Shown in pieces: positions 45,849-56,698 of a stretch of 64,000 nt of DNA. Under the pieces are notes generated by a model, which had not been told where the DNA came from, made no database searches, and saw only the letters and a program-made list of their open reading frames with translations. The translations under genes and the position numbers were made by a program. Numbering within the stretch: position 1 is the stretch's first letter; each line of letters begins with the position of its first letter. The stretch comes from Candidatus Tectimicrobiota bacterium (GTDB lineage: Bacteria; JACPUC01), in the NCBI GenBank assembly GCA_016192455.1, contig JACPUC010000007.1, forward strand, positions 1 through 64,000. Reading direction: 5' to 3'.

Positions 45849-48341
45849 ATGGACGAACGGTTCGACTTCCATGAGATCGAGACGAGGTGGCAACAGCGGT
45901 GGGACGAGAAGGAGACCTTCCGGGCTCGCGAAGATTCCACCCGGCCGAAGTTTTACTGCCTGGTGATGTTCCCGTACCCATCCGGGCGCATCCACATGGG
46001 GCACGTACGCAACTACACCATCGGCGATCTCTTGAGCCGGTTCCACCGCATGCGCGGCGCTAACGTCCTGCATCCCATGGGCTGGGACGCCTTCGGGCTG
46101 CCGGCGGAGAACGCCGCCCTGGAACGCAAGATTCTGCCCTCGACGTGGACCTACGACAACATCGCCTACATGCGTTCGCAGCTCAAGCGGCTGGGCCTCA
46201 GCTATGACTGGGAGCGCGAGGTGACCACCTGCGATCCGGCCTACTACCGCTGGAACCAGTGGATCTTCCTGAAGATGTACGAGCGCGGCCTGGCGTATCG
46301 CAAGCTGTCGTACGTCAACTGGTGCCCCTCCTGCGAGACGGTGCTGGCCAACGAGCAGGTCGAAAGCGGCCAGTGCTGGCGGTGCGCCAGCGAGGTGGCG
46401 CAGAAGGAGCTCCCCGGCTGGTTCCTGCGCATCTCCGACTACGCCGAGGAGCTCCTCGCCGACTGCGGCAGGCTGGCAGACGGCTGGCCGCGCCGCGTCC
46501 TCACCATGCAGGAGAACTGGATCGGCAAGAGCGTCGGGGCGGAGCTCCACTTCCCAGTGATCGACAGCGACGCCGCCATCCGCGTCTTCACCACCCGCCC
46601 CGATACGCTCTGGGGCGCGACCTTCATGAGTCTGGCGCCGGAGCACCCGCTCATCCGCGAGCTCGTTGCCGGCACACCTCAGGAGCAGGAGGTGCTGGCC
46701 TTCTGCGATCAGCTCTTGCGACAGAACAAGATCGAGCGCACCGCCGTGGGCGCCGAGAAGCGCGGCATGCCCATCGGCCGGGCGGCGCGCAACCCGGTGA
46801 CACAGCAGCCGATGCCGATCTGGGTGGCCAACTTCGTCCTCATGGAGTACGGCACCGGAGCGGTGATGGCGGTGCCGGCCCATGACCAGCGCGATTTCGA
46901 GTTCGCCCGCGCCTACGGCCTGCCCATCCAGGTTGTCATCCAGCCCCTCGATCGCCGCCTCGCGCCGCAAACCATGACGGAGGCGTACACCGACGCCGGC
47001 ACCCTCGTCGAGTCCCCGCCGTTCAACGGCCGGCGCAACCTCGAGGCCATGGAGGACCTCATCACCTACTTGCAGGCGCAAGGAATCGGCAGGCGCACCA
47101 TCAGCTACCGCCTGCGCGACTGGGGCATCTCGCGCCAGCGCTACTGGGGCACGCCGATCCCGATCATCTTCTGCGACCGCTGCGGCGCGGTGCCGGTGCC
47201 GGAGTCGGAGCTGCCGGTCGTTCTGCCGCTTGATCTGCCCTTCGATTTCAGCAGCAAGTCGCCCCTCTCCCAGTCCCCCGCCTTTTACGAGACGAGCTGC
47301 CCGCGGTGTCAGGCGCCGGCGCGGCGCGAAACCGACACCATGGACACCTTCTTCGACTCCTCGTGGTACTTCCATCGCTACACCAGCCCTGGCGAAACGA
47401 CGCGACCCTTCGACCCCGGTCGGGCGAACTACTGGCTGGCGGTGGATCAGTACATCGGCGGCATCGAGCATGCCATCCTGCACCTCCTCTATTCGCGTTT
47501 CTTCCACAAGGTGCTGCGCGACCTGGGGATGGTGAACGTGGATGAACCGTATGACCGCCTCCTTACCCAGGGCATGGTCATCAAGGATGGGGCCAAGATG
47601 GCCAAGTCGAAGGGGAACGTGGTCGACCCCGAGTCGCTCATCGCCCGCTACGGCGCCGACACGGTGCGCCTCTTCATGCTCTTCGCCGCCCCCCCGGAGC
47701 GCGACCTGGAGTGGAGCGAGCAGGGGGTGGAGGGCGCGTACCGCTTCCTGCAGCGCATCTGGCGCTTCGCCGCGATCCACCTCGACAGCCTGCGGGGGCT
47801 GGACCGGCGCAAGGTGCCGCTCGATGACCTCGACGCCGAGGGGCGCGACGTGAAGCAGACCATCCACCGCACCATCAAGCGCGTCACTCACGACATCGAG
47901 CGGCGCTACCGCTTCAATACCGCCATCAGCGCCGTCATGGAGCTCCTCAACAAGCTCCTCCTCTACGCGCCGGAACCGAAGTCGCGCCCCGCTGAACGCG
48001 CCCTGCTGCGCGAGGGCCTGGAAACGCTCCTCCTCCTCCTGGCGCCCATCGCGCCGCACCTTGCGGCGGAGCTCTGGGAGCGCCTCGGCCACACCGCCTT
48101 GCTGGCCGATGAAGCCTGGCCAAGCTTCGAGCCCGCGTATACCACGACGGACGAGATCGAGCTGGTGGTGCAGGTGAACGGCAAGGTGCGCAGCCGCCTA
48201 AGCGTCCCCACCGATTCCGAAGAGGAGGAGGTGCGTCAGCTCGCCCTCACGGACGAGAAGGTGCGGCGCTGGACCGACGGCAAGGCGGTGAGGAAGGTCA
48301 TCGTCGTGCCGAACCGGCTGGTCAACGTTGTGGTGGCGTAG
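45849..48341 (+). CDS. leuS: Leucine--tRNA ligase
   Basis: MFPYPSGRIHMGH, GWDAFGLPAENAA, DWGISRQRYWG, KMAKSKGN, VQVNGK. Confidence 0.97.
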   Translation: MDERFDFHEIETRWQQRWDEKETFRAREDSTRPKFYCLVMFPYPSGRIHMGHVRNYTIGDLLSRFHRMRGANVLHPMGWDAFGLPAENAALERKILPSTWTYDNIAYMRSQLKRLGLSYDWEREVTTCDPAYYRWNQWIFLKMYERGLAYRKLSYVNWCPSCETVLANEQVESGQCWRCASEVAQKELPGWFLRISDYAEELLADCGRLADGWPRRVLTMQENWIGKSVGAELHFPVIDSDAAIRVFTTRPDTLWGATFMSLAPEHPLIRELVAGTPQEQEVLAFCDQLLRQNKIERTAVGAEKRGMPIGRAARNPVTQQPMPIWVANFVLMEYGTGAVMAVPAHDQRDFEFARAYGLPIQVVIQPLDRRLAPQTMTEAYTDAGTLVESPPFNGRRNLEAMEDLITYLQAQGIGRRTISYRLRDWGISRQRYWGTPIPIIFCDRCGAVPVPESELPVVLPLDLPFDFSSKSPLSQSPAFYETSCPRCQAPARRETDTMDTFFDSSWYFHRYTSPGETTRPFDPGRANYWLAVDQYIGGIEHAILHLLYSRFFHKVLRDLGMVNVDEPYDRLLTQGMVIKDGAKMAKSKGNVVDPESLIARYGADTVRLFMLFAAPPERDLEWSEQGVEGAYRFLQRIWRFAAIHLDSLRGLDRRKVPLDDLDAEGRDVKQTIHRTIKRVTHDIERRYRFNTAISAVMELLNKLLLYAPEPKSRPAERALLREGLETLLLLLAPIAPHLAAELWERLGHTALLADEAWPSFEPAYTTTDEIELVVQVNGKVRSRLSVPTDSEEEEVRQLALTDEKVRRWTDGKAVRKVIVVPNRLVNVVVA

Positions 48342-48551
48342 CAGCGGAGCGCGCCGGCCGCGGCGGCGAACTTCCTCGTCAACGGCGGAGGTTGGTTGTG
48401 GTAGAGTGCGGAGCAGCCCGGGGCCGCGCCGGGAAGCGACGATGCCAAGAGGCCAAGAGGGCCTCCCCGTCGCTGCTTGTCTCGTGACAGGGAGAGGAGC
48501 CGCGGCGAGGCGCGCGCCGCGGACTCGGCCGCGCAGAGGAGGAGAGGCGCG

Positions 48552-49205
48552 ATGGCAGAGCCAGGAGATGCCTCGGCCTGCTCGATGGTGGAGATGGACG
48601 TGGGACTCCCCGCGAAGGCTGTCGGGCGGGGAGCGGCCTGCGCCGGCCGGCAACAACCCCGGCGCGGCCGGCTGGGTCTCGTCAACGGAACCAGGCTGCT
48701 GCGGCTCGGCGCGGGGCTCTTGGTGCTTCTCCTGGCGGGGTGCGGCTACCGCCTCCTGGGCGTGGGGAACGGCGCCCTGCCGGCGAACGGCGTGCGCAGC
48801 GTGGCGGTGCCGGTCTTCGCCAACCTCTCGGGGGAGCCCGAGCTCGAGCAGCGTCTCACCGCCGCCGTGCGCCGAGAGTTCCTCAACGACGGGCGGCTCC
48901 AGGTCGTCACCAGCGAGAACGCGGACACCGTGCTGGAGGGGACCATCAGCTCGTACCAGCTCCAGGCCCTGGCCTTCGATGCCCTCGACAACGCCACCCA
49001 GTATCGGCTGCGGCTGACCCTCGATACCACCCTGCGCAGCCGCTCCACGAAGCAGATCATGCAGCGTCAGCAGTTCTCCGCCGTGCAGGAGTACCGCCTC
49101 CCCCAGGGGATCAGCGGCCGCGAGACCGCCCGCCAGCGCGCCCTGGAGGTGGCCGCCCGGCAATTGGCGCAGCAACTGGTGAAGATCATCCTCGAAGGCT
49201 TCTAG
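48552..49205 (+). CDS. lptE: LptE-family lipoprotein
   Basis: Lipobox LLAGCGY; position between leuS and holA. Start uncertain. Confidence 0.8.
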   Translation: MAEPGDASACSMVEMDVGLPAKAVGRGAACAGRQQPRRGRLGLVNGTRLLRLGAGLLVLLLAGCGYRLLGVGNGALPANGVRSVAVPVFANLSGEPELEQRLTAAVRREFLNDGRLQVVTSENADTVLEGTISSYQLQALAFDALDNATQYRLRLTLDTTLRSRSTKQIMQRQQFSAVQEYRLPQGISGRETARQRALEVAARQLAQQLVKIILEGF

Positions 49206-49274
49206 CGAGGGCGTCACGCAGGATGCCGCTCCCCTCATGGTGCTGCACGGACGCGGTTTTTGTTCGCAAGGACC

Positions 49275-50360
49275 ATGCCTGAACCTCAGACCGCGCAACA
49301 GTTTCTCAGCCGGCTGGCGAAGGGAGAGCCGGCGCCCCTCTACTACTTTTGGGGTGAGGAGGAGTTCCTCTGCGAGCGGCTGGTGACCGCGTTGCGGCAG
49401 CGCGTCCTGACGGCGGGGCGCAGCGAGTTCAACGACGATCGCTTCGATGCCGCGCTGGAGGCGCCGGAAACGATCCTCGAGACGGCGAGAACCGTTCCCT
49501 TTCTCGGCGGCCAGCGGTTCGTCCTCGTCGAGGGCGTCGAGGCGCTGCAGCGCGCCGAACCCTTCCACGCTTACTGCCAGGCCCCCTACCCAGAGACCTG
49601 CCTCGTCTTCACGGCGCGCAGCGCTTCAAAAAAGCCCGTCCACGACCTGCTGACGCGGACGGCGCAGGTGGTCACCTGCAAGCGCCTGAACAGTCAATCC
49701 CTGCGCAAGTGGGTGGCCGACGAAGCGAAACGCCTTGGCCTGACGCTCCAGGCCGAGGCCGGCGGAGCGCTCGTCGAGCTGGTCGGAGACGATCTCCGCG
49801 CCCTGCACAGCGAGCTGGCGAAGCTTCAGACCTTTGCCGCCGAGAGCCGCGCCGCGCTCAGCGCCGAGCAAGTGATCAAGCTGGTCGGCGACACGCGGGC
49901 GGCGAAGATGTTCGAGTTCAGCGATGCCGTCGTGGAGGGTCGGCTGCCCACGGCGCTGCGCCTGTTGGCGAAGCTTCTGCAGGCGCGCGAGAGCGTGCCC
50001 GGCATCGTGGCCGTCCTTGCCCGCCACTACCGCATGCTCTGGAGGGTTCAGGAGTTGCTATGGCTGCGCACCGCGCCGGCGGCGCTGGCCGGGAAGCTCG
50101 GCGTGGCCGGCTTCCTCGCCACCAGGTACGCGCAGCAGGCGGGCACCTACAGCAGGGGGCACCTGCGCTGCACCCTCCTGCGGCTCTTCGAGACGGATCA
50201 GGCTGTGAAGCTGAGCGGGCTCCCGGATCAGCTCACGCTCGAGAAGCTGGTTCTTGATCTTGCGCTTCCGGCGGGGCGGGGGAGGGTGGACGGTCGCGCC
50301 CGCGGCGCGGCTCGCGGCGGCGAGCCGGGCGCGGCAAGACCGCCGACGCCTGCCTTATGA
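49275..50360 (+). CDS. holA: DNA polymerase III delta subunit
   Basis: PLYYFWGEE, TVPFLGGQRFVLV, ELVGDDL..L.SELAKL; synteny. Confidence 0.9.
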   Translation: MPEPQTAQQFLSRLAKGEPAPLYYFWGEEEFLCERLVTALRQRVLTAGRSEFNDDRFDAALEAPETILETARTVPFLGGQRFVLVEGVEALQRAEPFHAYCQAPYPETCLVFTARSASKKPVHDLLTRTAQVVTCKRLNSQSLRKWVADEAKRLGLTLQAEAGGALVELVGDDLRALHSELAKLQTFAAESRAALSAEQVIKLVGDTRAAKMFEFSDAVVEGRLPTALRLLAKLLQARESVPGIVAVLARHYRMLWRVQELLWLRTAPAALAGKLGVAGFLATRYAQQAGTYSRGHLRCTLLRLFETDQAVKLSGLPDQLTLEKLVLDLALPAGRGRVDGRARGAARGGEPGAARPPTPAL

Positions 50361-50633
50361 GGCGGTGCGCTGTTGAAGCTGGTGCAGGTGGGAGGAGAGA
50401 CGGGAGATGTGCCGCGAGGCGGTGCGTCGGTGGGTGATGCCGGAGGACGCCGACTGGTCGATGATCGGGATGGCTGCCTGCAATGCTTGCCGCGCCGCGT
50501 TGAGGTCATTGGCCTGCAAGGCGGCTCTCACCTTCTTGATCGAGGTGCGCATGGCCGTGCGGGCGCTCGCATTGCGAATCCGGCGTTGCTCGTTCTGCCG
50601 CATGCGCTTGGTGGCGGAAGGATTGCGTTTCAA
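50355..50633 (-). CDS. rpsT: 30S ribosomal protein S20
   Basis: SATKRMRQNEQRRIRN, RTSIKKV, IDQSASSGITHRRTASR. Confidence 0.93.
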   Translation of the reverse strand: MKRNPSATKRMRQNEQRRIRNASARTAMRTSIKKVRAALQANDLNAARQALQAAIPIIDQSASSGITHRRTASRHISRLSSHLHQLQQRTAS

Positions 50634-50701
50634 GGTGCGTCCTCTCTCTGCGGTGTGGTTCCTCGGGCGAGAAATCTCTACGCTCTGCGACGTGGAAATT
50701 T

Positions 50702-50730
50702 AATGTACTCGAAGCGCTCCCTCCTTGCAA
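50702..50730 (-). promoter_or_regulatory. Sigma70-type promoter of rpsT
   Basis: Minus strand TTGCAA-17 nt-TACATT. Confidence 0.55.
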
Positions 50731-50745
50731 GGAAAAACCACATTC

Positions 50746-52383
50746 ATGGTGCAGCCCACCTCGGCTGAGCGCGCCCCACTGCCCCAGGAAGGACGCAGCC
50801 CCGACGACGCCAAGCGGCAGGTGGCGCGCGCCGCCGGCGTGGTGAGCCTGGCAACCCTGGTGAGTCGCTTGGCCGGCTTCGTCCGCGATGTCATCATCGC
50901 CAAGGTGTTCGGCGCGGCAATGCTGGCCGATGCCTTCTTCGTGGCCTTTGCAATCCCCTCCCTGCTACGTCGCCTCTTCGCCGAGGGCGCGCTCTCGGCG
51001 GCGTTCGTGCCGGTCTTCTCCTCCTACCTCCGGTCGCACTCGGAAGCCGAGACGCGGCGCCTCGTTGCGGTGGCCTTGGGAGCGCAGCTCCTCGTCCTCC
51101 TGGCGGTGACCGGCCTCGGCATCCTCCTCAGCCCCTACCTCGTCACCATCTTCGTGCCGGGGTTCTACGCCGACGCGGAGAAGTTCGCCCTCACCGTGCG
51201 CCTCACCCGGCTGATGTTCCCCTTCATCCTCTTCATCGGCATTGCCGTGCTCTTCATGGGAGTGCTGAACGCGCGCCAGCACTTCCTGACGCCGGCGCTG
51301 GCCCCGCTGATGCTCAACCTCGGCATCATCGGCTCGGCGCTGTGGTTGACCCGCCACCTCGACACGCCGGTGTTGGCGCTGGGGGTGGGGGTGCTCGCCG
51401 GCGGCCTCGGGCAGCTCCTCCTGCAGATGCCGCCGCTGTACCGCTGCGGCTTGCTGGTGCTGCCGCGGCTCTCCTTCCGCCACCCCGGCTTGCGGCGCAT
51501 CTGGAGCCTCGTCGTGCCGACGATCGTCGGCCTCTCCGCCATGCAGGTGAATCTCATGGTCGATCGCCTGCTGGCGTCGTTCCTGCCGGAGGGGAGCATC
51601 TCGTACCTCTACTACGCCAATCGCCTGGTGCAGTTTCCGCTCGGCGCGTTCGGCGCGGCGCTCGGCGTCGCGGTGCTGCCGACGATGGCTTCCCAGGCAT
51701 CGGCGGGCGCCATCGACCAGCTCAAGGCGACCCTCAACTTCGGCCTCCGCCTCACCTTCTTCGTCAGCGTGCCGGCGACCCTGGCGCTCATCATCCTCGG
51801 CGCGCCGATCATGAACGTCCTCTTCGAACGCGGCGCCTTCGGCGCCCAAGCGACCTCCGCCTCGGCCTTCGCGCTGAGTCTCTACGCGGTCGGCCTGTGC
51901 GCCTTCAGCGGCATCAAGATCGCCACGCCGGTCTACTATGCGCTGCATGACTCGGCCACGCCGGTGAAGCTGAGCCTCATCGCCATGGGGACGAACGTCG
52001 TCTTGAACCTCGCCCTCATGGGCCCGCTGCGTCATGGCGGCCTGGCTCTGGCAACCTCGCTGGCGAGCTTCGTGAATCTTTTCTTGCTGCTCCTCCTCCT
52101 GCGTCGCCGTCTCGGCTCGATCGACGGCCACCGCCTGCTGCGCTCGACGGCGCGCGTGAGCCTGGCGTCGCTGATCATGGCGGCGGCGCTCTGGTGGGGC
52201 CGCGCCGCCCTGTTCGGACCTGACCTGGCGCTCGGCGTCAAAGTCGTTGTCGTCGTCGGGCTCTCCTCCTTTGGTCTCGCAGTGTTTTGCGCGCTAAGCT
52301 ATGCTTTCAAGTGCGAGGAGCTGGACGAATTGCTGCGTATCTTCCGCCGTAGACACGCGGGGACCTTTGGCAAAGGTTCGTGA
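50746..52383 (+). CDS. murJ: Lipid II flippase MurJ
   Basis: SRLAGFVRD, ADAFFVAF, RRLFAEGALSAAFVP, YYANRLVQFPLG. Confidence 0.95.
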   Translation: MVQPTSAERAPLPQEGRSPDDAKRQVARAAGVVSLATLVSRLAGFVRDVIIAKVFGAAMLADAFFVAFAIPSLLRRLFAEGALSAAFVPVFSSYLRSHSEAETRRLVAVALGAQLLVLLAVTGLGILLSPYLVTIFVPGFYADAEKFALTVRLTRLMFPFILFIGIAVLFMGVLNARQHFLTPALAPLMLNLGIIGSALWLTRHLDTPVLALGVGVLAGGLGQLLLQMPPLYRCGLLVLPRLSFRHPGLRRIWSLVVPTIVGLSAMQVNLMVDRLLASFLPEGSISYLYYANRLVQFPLGAFGAALGVAVLPTMASQASAGAIDQLKATLNFGLRLTFFVSVPATLALIILGAPIMNVLFERGAFGAQATSASAFALSLYAVGLCAFSGIKIATPVYYALHDSATPVKLSLIAMGTNVVLNLALMGPLRHGGLALATSLASFVNLFLLLLLLRRRLGSIDGHRLLRSTARVSLASLIMAAALWWGRAALFGPDLALGVKVVVVVGLSSFGLAVFCALSYAFKCEELDELLRIFRRRHAGTFGKGS

Positions 52384-53411
52384 TGGAGATGGGTGAACAT
52401 CGCCAAGCGACGTCCGCGGCGCGGAGCACCTTGCGCTGGCGGCAGGGAGAAATCCCAGCCGAGCTGCGTCCGCTCTACGATGGCTTCCTCAACTACCTGA
52501 TCGTCGACCTGCACCTCGCCGAGAACAGCGTCCACGCCTATGCCGGCGACGTGCGCCGCTACCTTCAGGGAACGGGCGGCACGCCGCGGGGCGCGCCGCG
52601 CCGCGAGACCGGCGACGAGCCGCGGGGAGATGCCGGAAGCGAAAGCCTGGAGGCGTTCCGGCGGCGCGATCGCACCACCTTCCTGAACCACCTTGCCGCC
52701 CTGCGGACGGAGGGGTTGGGGCCGCGTTCGCTGCGCCGTCACCTCGCGGCCCTGCACTGCTTCTATCGCTATCTCTTGGACGAAGGGATCGTGGAGCACG
52801 ATGCCAGCGAGCACGTGCCCCTGCCGCGGGCGTGGCAGACGCTGCCGCACTTCCTCAGCATCGAAGAGGTGGAGCACCTGTTGGCGCAGCCGGATGCCAT
52901 GACGGTGCTCGGCGGCCGGGACGCCGCCATGTTGGAGGTGCTCTACGCCACCGGCATGCGGGTGAGCGAGCTTCTTGATCTGCGGCTCACGAAGACGAAT
53001 CTCGAGCGCGGCTACGTGCAGGTGGTAGGGAAGGGCAACAAGGAACGCATCATCCCCCTGGGGAAGCCCGCCTGCTTCGCGGTCGAGATCTACCTCAAGT
53101 ACGGGCGGCCGAGCCTCGTGAAGGGGCAGGGCAGCCCATACCTCTTCCTGAGCCGCCGGGGAGGCCGGATGACGCGGGTGAACTTCTGGCACCTGCTGCG
53201 CCGCTATGCCGCGCAGGCCGGCATCACCAAGAGATTGAGCCCCCACGTGCTGCGGCACTCCTTCGCCACGCACCTGCTGGCGCGCGGCGCCGATCTGCGC
53301 ACGCTGCAGCAGATGCTCGGGCATGCCGACATCTCCACGACCCAAATCTACACCCATGTGGAGACGACCCGATTGCGCGACATCTACGACGCGCATCACC
53401 CGCGCGCCTGA
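52383..53411 (+). CDS. xerD: Site-specific tyrosine recombinase XerD
   Basis: RDAAMLEVLYATGMRVSEL, GKGNKER, SPHVLRHSFATHLL, LGHADISTTQIYTHV. Confidence 0.92.
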   Translation: MEMGEHRQATSAARSTLRWRQGEIPAELRPLYDGFLNYLIVDLHLAENSVHAYAGDVRRYLQGTGGTPRGAPRRETGDEPRGDAGSESLEAFRRRDRTTFLNHLAALRTEGLGPRSLRRHLAALHCFYRYLLDEGIVEHDASEHVPLPRAWQTLPHFLSIEEVEHLLAQPDAMTVLGGRDAAMLEVLYATGMRVSELLDLRLTKTNLERGYVQVVGKGNKERIIPLGKPACFAVEIYLKYGRPSLVKGQGSPYLFLSRRGGRMTRVNFWHLLRRYAAQAGITKRLSPHVLRHSFATHLLARGADLRTLQQMLGHADISTTQIYTHVETTRLRDIYDAHHPRA

Positions 53412-53426
53412 GCCGCGAGGATACCC

Positions 53427-56294
53427 ATGGACTCCGTGAACCCATCACCCGAGAGAACGTCGGTCCGGCCCAGCGCTGACGGCGCGCCGGCCAGCGACGC
53501 CTCTCCTCCCATCCTCGCCGGCGCGGCTTGTGAGAGCGCCGCGCCCGACGGCCGCGCGCCTCAATTCCAGCAGGTGGCGTTCGAGGTGGAGCGGCTCCTT
53601 CGTGACGCCGGCAGGCCTGAAACCTGGGGTGCGCTGCTGAAGCCTCTCCTGGCGCAGCGACACGGAGAGGTGCGCGCCTTCCACGACGCCGGCGCGACCG
53701 GTCGCGCGGTGGCGCGCGCGCAATCGCAACTCGTCGATGGCATCGTCCGCGGTCTCTACGCCACCCTGGGCCGCGGCCTCCGGCAATCCGGGAACGGGAC
53801 GGCTGACGGCGGCGGCAAACAGGACAGGGAGAGCCGCCAGGACTGCGCCCTCGTCGCCTTGGGCGGCTATGGGCGCGGCGAGCTCAATCCCGCCTCCGAC
53901 GTCGACCTGCTCTTCCTCCGCGGCGGCGATGCGGATGCGAAACAGCAGCGCCTCATTGACGGCATTCTCTACCCCCTCTGGGACCTCGGTTTCACCGTCG
54001 GGCACAGCGCGCGAACCATCGACGAGACCATCCTTTTCAGCCGCCGCGACCCCACCGTCCTGACGGCGCTCCTGGAAGCCCGTCTGCTGGCGGGTTCGAC
54101 CCAGCTCTTCGCGAAGCTGCGGGGGCGCCTGCGGCGAACCTTGGCGGGCAAGGCGGGGAGAGAGTTCCTGCGCCGCAAACTGGCCGAGCGCGATCGTCGC
54201 CATGCCCAGTTCGAGAACTCACCGACCCTCCTCGAACCGAACGTGAAGGAGAGCCCCGGCGGCCTGCGCGACCTCCACACCGCCCTCTGGGCGACGCAGG
54301 TTGCGTTCGGTGTGCACCAGCTCGAGGAGCTGGAGGCGAACGGCCTCTGCACACCGGAGGAGCTCGGCGAACTGCAAGCCGCGCTCGACTTCTTCCTGCG
54401 CGTGCGCACCCAGCTCCACTACCTCACCGGCCGACGCACGGATATTCTCGTCATGGAGATGCAGGACGCGCTGAGCGCCGCGCTCGGCTACACCGCGCAG
54501 GGGGGGCTGCACGCGGTCGAGCGGTTCATGCGGGAGTACTACCGCCACGCGGTGAGTGTCTACCTCTTCTCCCGCACCACCTTGTGGCGCTGCTCTGACC
54601 GGCCTGGCTGGGCGCGGCGGGGTCTGCGCGCCCTGCGGCGGCGCCGCCTCGATGCCAACTTCGCGGTGGACGGGGGCCGCATCGAGTTCTCCAATGGCGG
54701 TGGGGTTTTTCTCGAGCAGCCGCTGCTGGCGCTGCAGCTTTTCCTCTCCTGCGCTCAGCACCACTTCACGATCAGCGAGGAGGTGAGCCGCGAGCTGCGC
54801 AGTGCCCTCTACAGCACGCGCCGCGCCCAGGCCTTGCGGTCGCCGGCGGGGAACGCGCTTTTCCTGCGCCTCCTGGCGGCGCCGCACGCCGCCAAAGCGC
54901 TGCGCATGATGCACCAGCTCGGGGTGCTCGCCATCTTCCTGCCGGAGTTCGATGAGCTGACCGGCCTCATTCAGTACCACCTCTTCCACCGCTATACGAT
55001 CGACGATCACTCGCTGCGCGCCGTGCGCTACATCGACGAACTGCCGGCGACGACGGAGCCGGAGATCGAGACCCTCGGCCGGCTTGCCGCGAAGCAGGCG
55101 AACCCCGGCCTGGTGAAGCTGGCGCTCCTCTGCCACGATCTCGGCAAGAGCTGTGGCGGAGGTCACGTCGCCTCCGGCACCCGCATGGTGCGGGGCATCG
55201 TGCAGCGGCTCGGCCTGCCCAAGGAGGAAGCCGAGACGGTGATCTTCCTCGTCCAGCACCACCTGTTGATGAACCATACCGCCCAACGCCGCAACCTCGA
55301 CGATGCCGCGGTGGTGGCGCGCTTCGGCCAGGTGGTCGGCAGCGTTGAGCGCTTGGAGATGCTCTACCTCCTCACGTACGCCGATACGCGGGCTGTCGGT
55401 CCGAATGTCTGGACCACCTGGAAGGGGGCGCTGCTTCTGGAGCTCTACGAGAAGGGCGCCCGCTACCTCTGCCGCGAGCTGGATGTCGGGGATACCATCG
55501 AGCAGATCATGCGGCAGGCGCGCGCCAAGGTTGAGCGACAGGCAGGGGAGGAGATCGAGGCGGAGGAGATCGAGCGCTTCTTCGAGCTGATGCCGCCGCG
55601 CTACTTCTGCACTTGCCGGCCCGAGCAGATCGTGCGGCACATCGTCGCCCGCCGAGAGGCGGCGAACACGCCGCTGGTGATGCGACGCTTCCCGGCCGAG
55701 ACTGCCGGCCAAACCGAGCTGCTGGTGATCACGGAGGGGCGGCGGGGCGTCTTCTCGAAGATCGCCGGCATCCTCGCGGCCCGCCGCATCAACATCCTGG
55801 CCGCCCAGGTGTATACCGACCTCGAAGGCATGGCGGTGGACACCCTCTGGGTCGACTCGGCGCAGCGCCAGCCGGTGGGGGATCCAGGGTTGTGGCCGGC
55901 GGTGGAGGAGGACCTCCGGAAGGTGCTCGCCGGCGACCTCGATGTCCGGGCCCTCATCCGCAGCCAGGACCGCTTCTACTCGCTGTCGAAGCGCCGCCCG
56001 CGTCTCCTCCCCAGCAGCGTGCATATCGACAACACCGTTGCCGATGAGTGCACCGTGCTCGATATTGTGGCTGAGGACCATGTGGGGCTCCTCTATGCGA
56101 TCACGCAGACGTTGTATGATCAGGGCTTGGACATCGTCCTGGCGAAGATCAGCACGGAGGGGAACCGCGCCACCGACACCTTCTACGTCACCGATAGCCA
56201 GGGGGAGAAACTCCTCGATTCGGGCGCGCAGGAGGCGTTGGCGCGGGCGGTGCGCGAAGCCCTCGAGGAGTCGTTCGCCATGGCGCCGGCATAG
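53427..56294 (+). CDS. glnD: [Protein-PII] uridylyltransferase
   Basis: ALGGYGRGEL.P.SDVDLL, EPNVKESPGGLRD, HRYTIDDH, HDLGK, two C-terminal ACT domains. Confidence 0.95.
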   Translation: MDSVNPSPERTSVRPSADGAPASDASPPILAGAACESAAPDGRAPQFQQVAFEVERLLRDAGRPETWGALLKPLLAQRHGEVRAFHDAGATGRAVARAQSQLVDGIVRGLYATLGRGLRQSGNGTADGGGKQDRESRQDCALVALGGYGRGELNPASDVDLLFLRGGDADAKQQRLIDGILYPLWDLGFTVGHSARTIDETILFSRRDPTVLTALLEARLLAGSTQLFAKLRGRLRRTLAGKAGREFLRRKLAERDRRHAQFENSPTLLEPNVKESPGGLRDLHTALWATQVAFGVHQLEELEANGLCTPEELGELQAALDFFLRVRTQLHYLTGRRTDILVMEMQDALSAALGYTAQGGLHAVERFMREYYRHAVSVYLFSRTTLWRCSDRPGWARRGLRALRRRRLDANFAVDGGRIEFSNGGGVFLEQPLLALQLFLSCAQHHFTISEEVSRELRSALYSTRRAQALRSPAGNALFLRLLAAPHAAKALRMMHQLGVLAIFLPEFDELTGLIQYHLFHRYTIDDHSLRAVRYIDELPATTEPEIETLGRLAAKQANPGLVKLALLCHDLGKSCGGGHVASGTRMVRGIVQRLGLPKEEAETVIFLVQHHLLMNHTAQRRNLDDAAVVARFGQVVGSVERLEMLYLLTYADTRAVGPNVWTTWKGALLLELYEKGARYLCRELDVGDTIEQIMRQARAKVERQAGEEIEAEEIERFFELMPPRYFCTCRPEQIVRHIVARREAANTPLVMRRFPAETAGQTELLVITEGRRGVFSKIAGILAARRINILAAQVYTDLEGMAVDTLWVDSAQRQPVGDPGLWPAVEEDLRKVLAGDLDVRALIRSQDRFYSLSKRRPRLLPSSVHIDNTVADECTVLDIVAEDHVGLLYAITQTLYDQGLDIVLAKISTEGNRATDTFYVTDSQGEKLLDSGAQEALARAVREALEESFAMAPA

Positions 56295-56364
56295 CCCGGC
56301 CCGGCCCGCCGGGGCGTCCGTCTATCTTCGTGCGGCGCGCAGGCAGGCTGGAAGGCACCGCGGC

Positions 56365-56570
56365 CCAGTGTGCTGTTTCACAAATTCTCTCGCCAGAATT
56401 TGCGAGGGAGCCTCGCCCCCTCGCGCACCCCGCCTTGTCGGGGCGGTTCGCGAACCGCCCCGACGGAACAGGGGGTGTGGGGAAGCAAAGGTCTTGCGCA
56501 AAAACTCCCCCACCACATGGCCCCAAGAAGGCGTCCGATTAAGGATGGAATTTGTGTGACGTAACACTAG
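56365..56570. mobile_element. MITE-like element, copy 2
   Basis: Same element as 17770-17970 but with a different central hairpin (perfect 28 bp palindrome 56437-56464). Confidence 0.85.
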
Positions 56571-56698
56571 GCGCGCAACGGTGTCGCGCCAGCGCCCGGC
56601 AAGCGGGCTGGGACATCTCCTACGCTGCACCGGCAGAGGTGGCCGGCCAGGAGAGCACAGGGGGAGGAGCCATTCCGGGTGGAAGGAAAGGAGGTTCG

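Noticed and set aside
52383-53411. Prophage or island integrase
   Set aside because: Canonical XerD motifs in a housekeeping context with no att sites or cargo.
56552-56698. Longer PhoH start in the ORF track
   Set aside because: It begins inside the MITE end; a strong RBS supports TTG at 56699.
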